Source of the DNA: Octopus sinensis
Lineage: Eukaryota
Length of the DNA stretch: 64,000 bases
Reading direction: 5' to 3'
Assembly (NCBI RefSeq): GCF_006345805.1
Contig: NC_043020.1
Coordinates: 11,532,001-11,596,000, forward strand
The notes beneath the pieces are model-generated. The model did not search any database and was not told the DNA's origin. It saw only the letters and a program-made list of their open reading frames with translations. The position numbers were made by a program, and so were the translations under genes. Shown one piece after another: positions 38,593 to 49,332 of the stretch; positions within the stretch are counted from its first letter, which is position 1, and each line of letters begins with the position of its first letter.

Positions 38593-38629
<37 letters not shown>

Positions 38630-38848
38630 TTGTGTGTCTGTGTTTGTCCCCCTAGCGTTGCTTGACAACCGATGCTGGTGTGTTTACGTCCCCGTCACTT
38701 AGCGGTTCGGCAAAAGAGACCGATAGAATAAGTACTGGGCTTACAAAGAATAAGTCCTGGGGTCAAGTTGCTCGATTAAAGGCTGTGCTCCAGCATGGCC
38801 GCAGTCAAATGACTGAAATGAGTAAAAGAGAATATGGTAAAGAAAGGG
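38174..38848. mobile_element. piggyBac-type MITE with a SINE A insertion
   Basis: TTAA|CCCTTTC...GAAAGGG|TTAA, with an A copy at 38422-38830 inside. Confidence 0.65.
38422..38830 (+). mobile_element. SINE family A
   Basis: Full length; short TSD aatat. Confidence 0.9.
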
Positions 38849-39089
38849 TTAAGACAGCAAACTGTTGGAATTGTTACTGCATCAGACAAAAATGCTAAAC
38901 TACATTATTTCTTCAGAGTATTTTACACTCTGAGATCAAATGCTGCTAAACTTGACTTTGCCTTTCATCATTTTGGAATCGATAAAACAAAGCACCAGCC
39001 AAGCACTGGGCTTGGATGTAAACAGCTTTTCTTTTCCTTTCAAAATTGGTGGCCTTATGCCAAAATTAGATGAAAAAAATTCTACAATA

Positions 39090-39430
39090 GGCGCAAGAGT
39101 AGCTGTGTGGTAAGCTGGCAGAAACGTTAGTGCGCCGGGCGAAATGCTTAGCAGTATTTCGTCTGCCGTTACATTCTGAGTTCAAATTCCGCCAAGGTTG
39201 ATTTTGCCTTTTATCCTTACGGGGTCGATAAATAAAGTACCAGTTACATACTGGGGGCGATATAATCGACTTAATCCCTTTGTCTGTCCTTGTTTGTCCC
39301 CTCTGTATTTAGCCCCTTGTGGGCAATAAAGAAATAAGTTGCTTGCTTACCAACCACATGGTCCTGGTTCAGTCTCAATGCATGGCACCTTGGGCAAGTG
39401 TCTTCTACTATAGCCTCAGGCTGACCAATG
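39090..39430 (+). mobile_element. SINE A head interrupted by a full SINE B (39113-39335)
   Basis: The A head breaks at gtggtaag and resumes at taagttgcttgc after the B tail. Confidence 0.8.
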
Positions 39431-39580
39431 CCTATAGGTGCAGGAGTGGATCAGCAAAGGAGGTTGATAGAATATATATCAAGCATAAAAAAAAAAATAC
39501 TGGGGTCAATTTGTTTGAATAAACCCTTCAAGGCAGTGCCCCAGTATGACCACAATCCAATGACTGAAATGAGTGGAAAG

Positions 39581-39807
39581 GTTGAGCTGGCAGACATGTT
39601 AGCGCGCCGGGCGAAATGCTTAGCGGTATTTCGCCTGTCGTTACTTTCTGAGTTCAAATTCCGCCGAGGTCAACTTTGCCTTTCATCCTTTCAGGGTCGA
39701 TATATAAAGTACCAGTTTCGCACTGGGGTCAGTATAATCGACTCAATCCCTTCGTCTGTCCTTGTTTGTCCCCTCTATGTTTAGCCCCTTCTGGGCAGTA
39801 AAGAAAT
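39581..39807 (+). mobile_element. SINE family B
   Basis: Full length. Confidence 0.9.
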
Positions 39808-39820
39808 ATATATAACTATG

Positions 39821-40083
39821 TAGTAAAGATTGTTTGCCAACGAAACATGGCAGTCCTGGTTTAGGACTAATGTTGCTGTAATTTAGCCCCAGGAGACATC
39901 GTCTCCAGCTGGTTATACAACATGATCTGTGTCCTTATATTTTCGAACAAGGGAATCTAGCAAATATAAGGACACAGATCATGTCGTATAGCAAGTTGGA
40001 AACAATGTCTCCTGTGTCTAAATTACAGAAATATTAGTTCTAAACCAGGACTGCCATGTTATGTTGGCAAAAAATCTTTGCTA
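39821..40083. repeat. Fold-back/MITE-like element, ~120-bp arms
   Basis: aaagattgtttgccaac...gtgtccttatattt pairs with aaatataaggacac...gttggcaaaaaatcttt; 19-nt loop. Confidence 0.88.
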
Positions 40084-40356
40084 TAAAGTACTGTTGCTGA
40101 ATATCTCACGTTGTGAGATTTAGAAATATTAATTTTCTAATATATCTCTTTCTCTTTAGTTGCTTCAGTCATTTGACTGTGGCCATGCTGGAGCACCACC
40201 TTTAATCGAGCAAATCGACCCCGGGACTTATTCTTTGTAAGCCCAGTACTTATTCTATCGGTCTCTTTTGCCGAACCGCTAAGTGACGGGGGACATAAAC
40301 ACACCAGCATTGGTTGTCAAGCAATGCTAGGGGGACAAACACAGACACACAAACAT

Positions 40357-40396
<40 letters not shown>

Positions 40397-40398
<2 letters not shown>

Positions 40399-40598
40399 CG
40401 GGAAAGTTTACGAAAAATACAAAAGACGAAGGCAGGTGGAGTACAAACAAACAAATGTATTAGTATAGCGCTCAGGAATAGAAAAAGTCTTTTACGTTTC
40501 GAGCCTATGCTCTTCGACAGAAAGATACACAGAAAAAAACAAGGAGAGAAACAAGGAGAGAAAAAATGTGTGTAGGAGCTAACATCTATTATGGCGTC
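40397..40598 (-). mobile_element. Element G copy 3
   Basis: Homologous to copies 1 and 2; abuts (TA)n. Confidence 0.75.
40488..40525 (-). ncRNA. Putative minimal type I hammerhead ribozyme
   Basis: ucuuu-CUGUCGAA-GAGC AUAG GCUC-GAAA-CGUA-aaaga. Confidence 0.5.
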
Positions 40599-40797
40599 AA
40601 CGAGCTTCTTTCAGTTTCCGTCTACCAAATCCACTCACAAGGCTTTGGTCAGTCTGAGGATATAGTAGAAGATGCTTGCCCAGGGTGCCACGCAGTGGGA
40701 CTGAACCCGGAACCATGTAGTTGGTAAACAAGCTACTTACCACACAGCCACTCCTGTACCTGTATATAACTATAATGTGATAAAAAAAAAAACCTAC

Positions 40798-40990
40798 CAC
40801 TGCTGGAAGTTTTGCAGTTTTGTGGAATCAGATGGATGTTGTATGCTTTGAGGATGTTGTTCTTGTTTTGGAAGTGCATTCGGTAATACATGGCATTTCG
40901 GGAAAACGTGAAGGGCAGTGTGAACCATGTTGGTAAAGGGCTCAACAGGTGGCGCTCATTACTGGAATAGAATTCCGCACTCACTGAAAC
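40798..40990 (-). CDS. PGAP1: Internal exon of PGAP1-like GPI inositol-deacylase (193 nt, phase 0/1)
   Basis: Acceptor tttgtttgttttag, donor G|gtaggt. Encodes VSVSAEFYSSNERHLLSPLPTWFTLPFTFSRNAMYYRMHFQNKNNILKAYNIHLIPQNCKTSSS, which resembles the recalled vertebrate PGAP1 segment VDCEFFKKEKR...[26 protein letters not shown]. Confidence 0.8.
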
Positions 40991-41304
40991 CTAAAACAAA
41001 CAAAAGTAGAAATTAAATTTCAAAAAATAAATAAATCAGTAAAAACAAAAATATGAATTAAAAAAAAATAGATTTCATCTCAACTGTAATTATCATTCTG
41101 AATTTAATTATTGGTTTTCTATCTTGAAGTACCACAAGGCTGATATATTTCAGCTGAAGAATGTCTAGGAAACTGTCTGGACTTCATTTCTTTATGTTCA
41201 TTCTTTCTTTTAAATTGTTTTTTCATTCTAATTTATGGGTCAGTCAAGAAATAGATCATCATAAAATCTGACTCCTTTCTATCTTTCTCCTTAATTTCTA
41301 TTTT

Positions 41305-42230
41305 ATCATCATCATCATCATCCGTTTTCCATGCTAGCATGGGTCAGACAATTTGACTGAGGACTGGTGAACCAGGCTCCAATCTGATCTGGCAGAGTTT
41401 CTACAGCTGGATGCCCTTCCTAACACCAAACACTCCGAGAGCGTAGTGGGTGCTTTTACGTGCCACCAGCACGAGGGCCAGTCAGGCTGTACTGGCAATG
41501 GCCACGCTCAAATGGTGTTTTTTACGTGCCACCTACACAGGAGCCAGTCCAGCGGCAACAACCTAGCTCCAATGCTTTTTCACATGCCACCGGCACAAGT
41601 GCCAGTAAGGCGACACTGGTAACGATCACGCTCGAATGGTGTTTTTTACATGCCACCGGCACAGAAGTCAGTTAGCTGCTCTGGCAACAATCTCGCTCGG
41701 ATGGTGCTCTTAGCGCTCCACTGGCACGGATGCCAGTCATCAAATTTGATTTCGATTTCACTTGCCTTAACAGGTCTTCGCAAGCAGAGTTTAGTGTCCA
41801 ATGAAGGAAAGGTACGCATAAGTGGGCTAGTTACACCCCTGGCATAGGCGACAAGGTTATGGTCTCACTTAGCTTGTCGGGTCTTCTCAAGCACAGCATA
41901 TTTGCAAAGGTCTCGGTCACTAGTCACTGCCTCAGTGAGGCCTAATGTTCAATGGTCATGCTTCACCACCTCATCCCAGGTCTTCCTGGGTCTCTCTTCC
42001 ACAGGTTCCCTCAACCACTAGGGTGTGGCACTTTTTCACACAGCTATCCACATCCATTTTCGCCACATGACCATACCAGCGCAGTTGTCTCTCTTGCACA
42101 CTACATCTGATGCTTCTTAGGTCCAACTTTTCTCTCAAGATACTTACACTCTGTCGAGTATGCACGCTGACATTACACATCCATCGGATCATACTAGCTT
42201 CATTCTTTGCGAGCTTATGCATGTCCACAG
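41305..42230 (-). mobile_element. RTE-clade LINE, 5'-truncated: ORF2 C-terminus, ~650-bp 3' UTR, (GAT)n tail
   Basis: EASMIRWMCNVS...LREKL...QLRWYGHVAKM...VEGTCGR is the RTE C-terminal motif and runs continuously into the repeat-bearing UTR. Confidence 0.9.
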
Positions 42231-42646
42231 CAAAACTGTCTTTCTATCTCAATGTCATTTATGTTGGTAGTACTGAGCATAAAGAAAATTGATGCAATAA
42301 AGTCAATACATATATCCTTGGTAATTATGAGCTCAATTAATAACAGATCATTAAATTACGACAGCTTATGAGATTGCAGTAAATCCAGGTGGAGGTTGAC
42401 TTGTATGGACGTACAATATTGGCTAAGACAATCTCTAAGAGTAATACATTTAGGATAAAAGTAGAGAAGCATAAATTTCACATGCAGTTTGTAGTTTAAT
42501 TATACTCGACAGCTGTTTCATGAAGACAAACATCATTAAAAGTATACTTACATAATTGTGATACATAATTTAGTTTATTTTAAACTAAATGAATTTAAAA
42601 GCAGTGCTTTTAAATAAACACATGCACACACATATACATAAGTCAT

Positions 42647-43066
42647 TACTCTTTACTCATTTACTCTTTTATTTATTTCAGTCATTTGACTGTGGCCATG
42701 CTGGAGCACTGCCTTTAGTCGAGCAAATCAACCCCAGGACCTATTCTGTGTAAACCTAGTACTTATTCTATCAGTCTCTGTTGCCGAACCGCTAAGTTAC
42801 GGGGACGTAAACACACCAGCATCAGTTGTCAAGCAATGCTAGGAGGACAAACACAGACACACAAACATACACGCACACACATATATATACATATATATAT
42901 ACATATATATACGACGGGCTTCTTTCAGTTTCCGTCTACCAAATCCACTCACAAGACTTTGGTCGGCCCGAGGTTATAGTAGAAGACACTTGCCCAAGGT
43001 GTCACGCAGTGGGACTGAACCTGGAACCATGTGGTTGGTAAGCAAGCTACTTACCACACAGCCACT
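42647..43066 (-). mobile_element. SINE family A
   Basis: Near full length in reverse. Confidence 0.9.
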
Positions 43067-43219
43067 TGATAAAACATTCAAAAATGAATGGGCATGAAGT
43101 GAACCTCTGAAGCACATAGATTGGTCTAGCAGTTCTAGCCACTACCCTAATACCACAAGGCACTTAGTCTGGTGTCCCACAATGAGAAACTGAATTGTTT
43201 AGTGCAATTGGTTACCAAT

Positions 43220-44090
43220 AACAACATCAACAGCAAACATCAAAGAACACCGGCAAACACAACAGCACAATGGAAAATAATGTACAACAACAACAACAAC
43301 AAAAGAGCACTCAACGAACAGCAGCAATACCATGAAACAGTCAACAACTACAGCAACAGTCACAACAATTACAACAACAACAAGACAACTAGTAACAATA
43401 TAATAACGTGTACCAGCAGTAACCAGACCCAACAACTTCCACCAACCTCACCAACAACAATATACACAACAGCAGCAGCAGCACCACCAACAACAACAAG
43501 AATACACAACATTACACCACCAACAACAACAACAACACCAACAACAAGAATACACAACATTACACCACCACCACTACAACAACACTACACCACCACCACC
43601 AACAACAAGAATACACAACATTACACCACCACAACAACACTACACCACCACCAACAACAACAACAACACACAACACTACACCAACAACAACAACACACAC
43701 ACATTACACCACCACCAACAACAACACCAACACCAACAACAATACCAACAACAACACCACAACAACAATACCAACAACAACAACAGCAACAGCAACATCA
43801 CCACCACCACCAACAACAACAACAGTAGCAAGAATACACAACATCACACCACCACCACCACCACCACCATAGCAATGATAACTGGCAACAAACAACACTG
43901 AAAAGACAATGGAACAATGTAAAGGTGTATGACGAAACAACTGTCGCCACTACCTACCGCAACCACTACCACCATCGTCGCCATCACAGTGACCACTTCC
44001 TCCACCACTGCTGCCATCATCACTACCACCACTGCTACCACCACGACCACCACTACCACCAGTGCTACCACCATGACCACCACTACCACA
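43220..44090. repeat. (CAA/CAC)n array
   Basis: Includes a recurring aagaatacacaacattacacc unit. Confidence 0.9.
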
Positions 44091-44795
44091 AGACTGTCCT
44101 ACTTAATAATAATACCATTGTTTGATACAAAGTGATCACTGTAATTGATTTACCATTGAGAGTATCATTTATTTAGCATCAATAAGTTAATCAAAGCTAT
44201 TGCCCACACACGCACACACACAGCCAAATACACACACACACACAGACATACACAGCTCTTTTGATGAATCAACAATTGTTCAGAACCCCACCCCACACCC
44301 CCACCGGAAGTTGTTTTGCTTTTTTTTTTGTTTGTCTTTTTTGTCTTTTTTTTTGTTATTCTTTTTGCTATTGATTTTGTGTTTGTTATTTATGGTATAT
44401 TACTTCCCAAGGTGACGGGGACTGGCAAAATTGTTTTAAAAGCATCGGACAAAAAAAATACCTTGTGGTATTTGTTCCGGTGTACTTTACATTTCAAGTT
44501 CAAATCTCACCAAGGTCAGCTCTGCTTTTCATCCATCCTTCCGGGCAGGGGCGGGGCGGGGCGAAGGAGTGGTGGTGGGGGGCGGGGTCAATAAAATAAA
44601 AACCCCAGTCAAGTACAAGAGTTGATTTAAATGTCTGCCCCTCCTCCTCCTCTCTGAAATTTCCGGCTTTGTGCAAATGTTAGAACTTATTCATCATCAT
44701 TATTATTATTATTATTATTATTATCTTACAATTGAATCGCGCTCTTCGTCTTGACTGTTTACCTTTGTGAAGAATTACGTCAATCCTTTTTAAAA

Positions 44796-44831
<36 letters not shown>

Positions 44832-44851
44832 TATTATTATTAGTATTATTA

Positions 44852-45273
44852 TTTTATGTTTGACTTTTGCTTTACATTTGTACAAGTTGGCTCCAAGTCT
44901 CACCCAGAGACCTCAAGAGACAAGTAGTCGGAAGTTCATGTTGGTGTTATGCCTAGGGTGCCATATATTTGGTCTTATACATAGTGTTGTTCTAGAGAAT
45001 GTTTAAGAAACCATAAGAAAATTACGTTTGTTTTAAAATTTGAGATTACATAGAAAGTATTTCGCGTAGGATATGAGCAGTTCCCATGAGCACTATCTTT
45101 TGAATTTCTGCCATTTTGGGGTTTCCTAGTATCCGAGTTAGGTAGCAATCAGCCCCTTTTGCTAGCATTCCCAGGGCACCTATGACAACAGGTATTGTTT
45201 TAGTCTTCAGGTTCCACATTTTGCTCATTTCTATTGCAAGATCATTATATTTTCTCAGTTTTTGGTAGGTCTT
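44852..45273 (-). mobile_element. R4/Dong-like non-LTR retrotransposon 3' end (RLE domain tail plus 3' UTR)
   Basis: EKYNDLAIEMSKMWNLKTKTIPVVIGALG...EIQKIVLMGTAHILR, the K..KY..L / P.V.GALG pattern of RLE-type elements; (ATT)n on both sides. Confidence 0.8.
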
Positions 45274-45523
45274 TATTATTATTATTATTATTATTATTAC
45301 AGCAGAATCATTAGCAGGCCAGGCAAAATGCTTAGCAGCATTTCATCCGTCTTTACATTCTGAGTTCAGATTCCGCCAAGATCAACTTTGCCTTTCATCT
45401 TTTCAGAGTTGGTAAAATAAGTACCAGCTGAGCACTGGGGTCGATGTAATCGACTGTCCCCTCCCCCAAATTTCAGGTCATGTGCCTATACTAGAAAGAT
45501 GTATCATTATTATCATTATTATT

Positions 45524-45983
45524 GAGTGAGAGAGCAGTGCATGCCACCAAAGTGGCACAGGGGTACAAATATACAAAGCCCAGTATACCCATCCTGACTA
45601 CCTGTCTGATAAGGGTACACCAGGCACATGCATCACAACCATATGTGCCTGACATGGTGATCTCATATCAAGATAAACAGTGCATGACCTTGCAGGTGGA
45701 GCCCAGTTAGAATTTTCTTCTGGTTGAGTAGCCCATCCCGCTCAAAAGGTCCATGAATAAGGATTGTTTAAGGATGTTGAACAAACCATCCATGTTTCCA
45801 AAGGTGAATTTTCCAAACCTCTAAATATTCCTTTCAACACATGGCTATGATGCTCCCCCACTACTTCTACTTGTGATCAGAGATGCACATATCATCAGCC
45901 ACTAAGGGACATGCTCAAATGGTTAAGGTCAAACAATTGACAAGCAAATCTGTGGTATTGAGTAGAATATTTATTGTAGCCCA
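45524..45983 (-). mobile_element. Unclassified interspersed repeat F with an (AAT)n tail
   Basis: Partial second copy at 27851-27913; ends ctctctcactc(aat)n on the minus strand. Confidence 0.5.
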
Positions 45984-45996
45984 TCATTATTATTGT

Positions 45997-46305
45997 GGAG
46001 GCACAATGGCCCAGTGGTTAGGGCAGTGGACTCGCGGTCAGAGGATCGTGGTTTCGATACCCAGACCGGGTGTTGCGTGTGTTTATTGAGCGAAAACACC
46101 TAAAGCTCCACGAGGCTCCGGCAGGGGGGGGGGTCAACCCCTGTTGTACTCTTTCTCCCCAACTTTCTCTCACTCCCTCTTCCTGTTTCTTGAGTAACGC
46201 TGCGATGGACTGGCATCCCGTCCAGCTGGAGGGAACACATACGCCACAGAAACCGGGAAACCGGGCCCATGAGCCTGGCTAGGATTGAAAAGGGCGCATA
46301 AAAAA
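45997..46305 (+). mobile_element. SINE family C head with an alternative, V-domain-like tail
   Basis: Same first ~190 bp as the other C copies, then ctgcgatggactggcatcccgtccag. Confidence 0.8.
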
Positions 46306-47329
46306 ATTCTTTTTTTTTTTAATCATTATTATTATTATAAGAGTTCTAACTCCATCTCGGGGGAATGTCAACAGGGACGAATTAGCCAGAGGCTAGACTG
46401 ACCAACCGAACAAGATGGTATTGGGGTTAAAACAGACACACTAAAAGAAAAAATAATAATAATTAAAAAAAAACCTAGTTACTAGAGCAGAAAATTTTAG
46501 AAGTATTCTAAGTGATGTCTGTTTGAGAGATGAAGCCTTTCAAGATCAAAGACTGGTTTGGTCTAGTGTGAACTGGTTTCGGGATCAATTAATGGTTGAA
46601 TGTGATGGGGACGTATTCTGGTAAAGATGAAAGCAAAAAGATTTTATTCACAGGAGGATGACCAATGAACAGGGTGAGGATGGTGATGGTAACGATGATT
46701 GCGATGATGAAAATGATGATGATGGTGATGGAGATGGTGGCATGACAGTGGGGATCATGATGATGATGGTGATGGTGATAATGGTGTGATGGTGGTAGTG
46801 GTGGTAATGATTGTGATAGTAATGATGAACAATGATAATAAAGGTGGTGGTGGTGCTGATAACTGTGATGATGATGGTGATGATGATGACAATAACAAAG
46901 ATGATGGTATGACGGTGGTGGTGGTGGTGGTGGTTGTCAGGCATGTAATGATGATGATGATGGTGGTGGTGATAATTGTGATGATGATGATGATGATGGT
47001 TGTGACAGTGGTGGTGGTGGAGAAGGAAGATGCAAAAGGAGCAGAAGTTGTTAAAGCACTAGACTTGATGAATTTTACATTAGCAACAATTTCTTTATAG
47101 TTGGCTGACATTCAGAGGAGAAGAGCTCCGACAGGTAGACATTATGCTTTTACGGTTGAATAGAGGCAGGGGGGGGGCGGAGAGGGTGATGGTGGCAGGA
47201 GCAGAGAGAGAGTAAGTAGAGGGGGAGGAGGGGAGCAGAGAGAGAGAGAGCGGGAGGGGGAGAGAGAGAGAGAGAGAGACATTTGTTATCTTTCCGTTTT
47301 ATAAAAGCTATATTATTCTAGTGATGACA

Positions 47330-47387
47330 TGTGTATGTACACACACACACACACACAAAGCGCACAAACATACACACACACACACAA

Positions 47388-47420
<33 letters not shown>

Positions 47421-47984
47421 TACACACACACACAAACATACACACACACACACACACCACACAAACAAACATACACACACACACCCAAGCACACCAAACA
47501 TACACACACCCAACCACCACAAACATACAACACTACACAAAGCACACAAACATACACAACACACACACACACACACAACCATACACACACACACACAAAG
47601 CACACAACACACACACACACACACACACAAACAACCACCACACACACAACACTTACCACACCCCCCACAACACACAAAGACACAAACATACACACACACA
47701 CACACACCACAAACATACACACACCAACACACACAAACATACACACACAACACAAACATCACACACACACACACACACAAACACTACACACCACACACAC
47801 ACACAAAATACACACACCACACACAAACATTACACACACACACACACAAACATACACACACACACAAAGCACCAAACATACACACACACACACACACACA
47901 CAAACATACACACACACACACACACAACCACAAAGCGCACAAACACACACACACCCAACATACACACACACACAAAGCACACAA

Positions 47985-48017
<33 letters not shown>

Positions 48018-48066
48018 TACACACACACACACACACACACAAAGCACACAAACACACACACACACA
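47330..48066. repeat. Complex (CA)n array
   Basis: Recurring cacaaacatacacacac units; explains the poly-HT and poly-VC ORFs. Confidence 0.95.
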
Positions 48067-48134
48067 TTGTCCAACCCATGCCAGCATGGAAAACAGATGT
48101 TAAATGACAATAAGGATGATGAAATATACGCACA

Positions 48135-48535
48135 GGCACAGGAGTGGCTGTGTGGTAAGTAGCTTGCTAACCAACCCACATGTTCCGGGTTCAGTCCTAC
48201 GTGTGGCACCTTGGGGCAAGTGTCTTCTACTATAGCCTCGGTCGACCAAAGCCTTGTGAGTGGATGGGTAGACGGAAACTGAAAGAAGCCTGTCGTGTGT
48301 ATATGTATATATATATATGTATGTGTGTCTGTGTTGTCTCCTCCCAACCTCGCTTGACAACCGATGCTGGTGTGTTACATCCCCGTAACTTAGCAGTTCG
48401 GCAAAAGAGACCGATAGAATAAGTACTAGGCTTACAAAGAATAAATCCTGGGGTCGATTTGCTCGACTAAAAGCATTGCTCCAGCATGGCCGCAGTCAAA
48501 TAACTGAAAACAAGTAAAAGAGAGAGAGTAAAGAG
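48135..48535 (+). mobile_element. SINE family A
   Basis: Full length. Confidence 0.9.
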
Positions 48536-48689
48536 TACATGCACACACATACACACACACGTGTGTGTGTGTTAGCTGTCGGAAAAAAAGTACTCAATAC
48601 CACAGTACAGATTTTTTTTTTCGTTTTTGGTCAAATCATTCTCATTCTGGTTTGGAGTTTTGCTGGTGTGTTCATACAGTCACCAGGTA

Positions 48690-49332
48690 AGTTAGCACGC
48701 CGGGCGAAATGCTTAGCAGTATTTCGTCTGCTGTTACGTTCTGAGTTCAAATTCCGTCGAGGTCAACTTTGCCTTTCATCCTTTTGGGGGTCGATTAAAT
48801 AAGAACTAGTTACGCACTGAGGTACATGCAATCGACTTAATCCCTTTGATTGTCCTTGTTTGTACTCTATGTGTTTAGCCCCTCGAGAGTAGTAAAGAAA
48901 TAGGTATTTCGTTTGCCATAACGTTCTGAGTTCAAATTCCACCGAGGTCAACTTTGCCTATAATCCTTTCGGGGTCGATTAAATAAGTACCTATTTCTTT
49001 ACTACCCACAAGGGGCTAAACACTGAGAGGACAAACAAGGACTGACAAACGGATTAAGTCGATTGTATCGACCCCAGTGCGTAACTGGTACTTAATTTAT
49101 CGACCCCGAAAGGATGAAAGGCAAAGTCGACCTCGGCGGAATTTGAACTCAGAACGTAATGGCAGACGAAATACGGCTACGCATTTTGCCCAATGTGCTA
49201 ACGTTTCTACCAGCTCGCTGTCGATTAAATAAGTACCAGTTACGCACTGGAGTAGATGCAATCGACTTAATCCCTTTGCCTGTCCTTGTTTGCCCTTTCT
49301 ATGTTTAGCCCCTTGTGGGCAATAAAGAAATA
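48690..49332. mobile_element. Cluster of family B SINEs (tandem plus nested inverted copy)
   Basis: B(+), a second B(+), and B(-) at 48992-49219 inside the second with an 18-bp TSD. Confidence 0.85.

Larger units (their letters stand above)
40150..40760 (-). mobile_element. SINE family A interrupted by element G
   Basis: 3' half at 40150-40396, G at 40397-40598, 5' half at 40599-40760. Confidence 0.85.

Noticed and set aside
44543-44588. GC-box/G-quadruplex-like run
   Set aside because: Lies inside a diverged family B-related SINE at a position that is G-rich in other copies; no promoter context.
47308-48347. Poly-HT and poly-VC ORFs up to 277 aa (also 58830-59604 and 10368-11613)
   Set aside because: Dinucleotide microsatellite artefacts.
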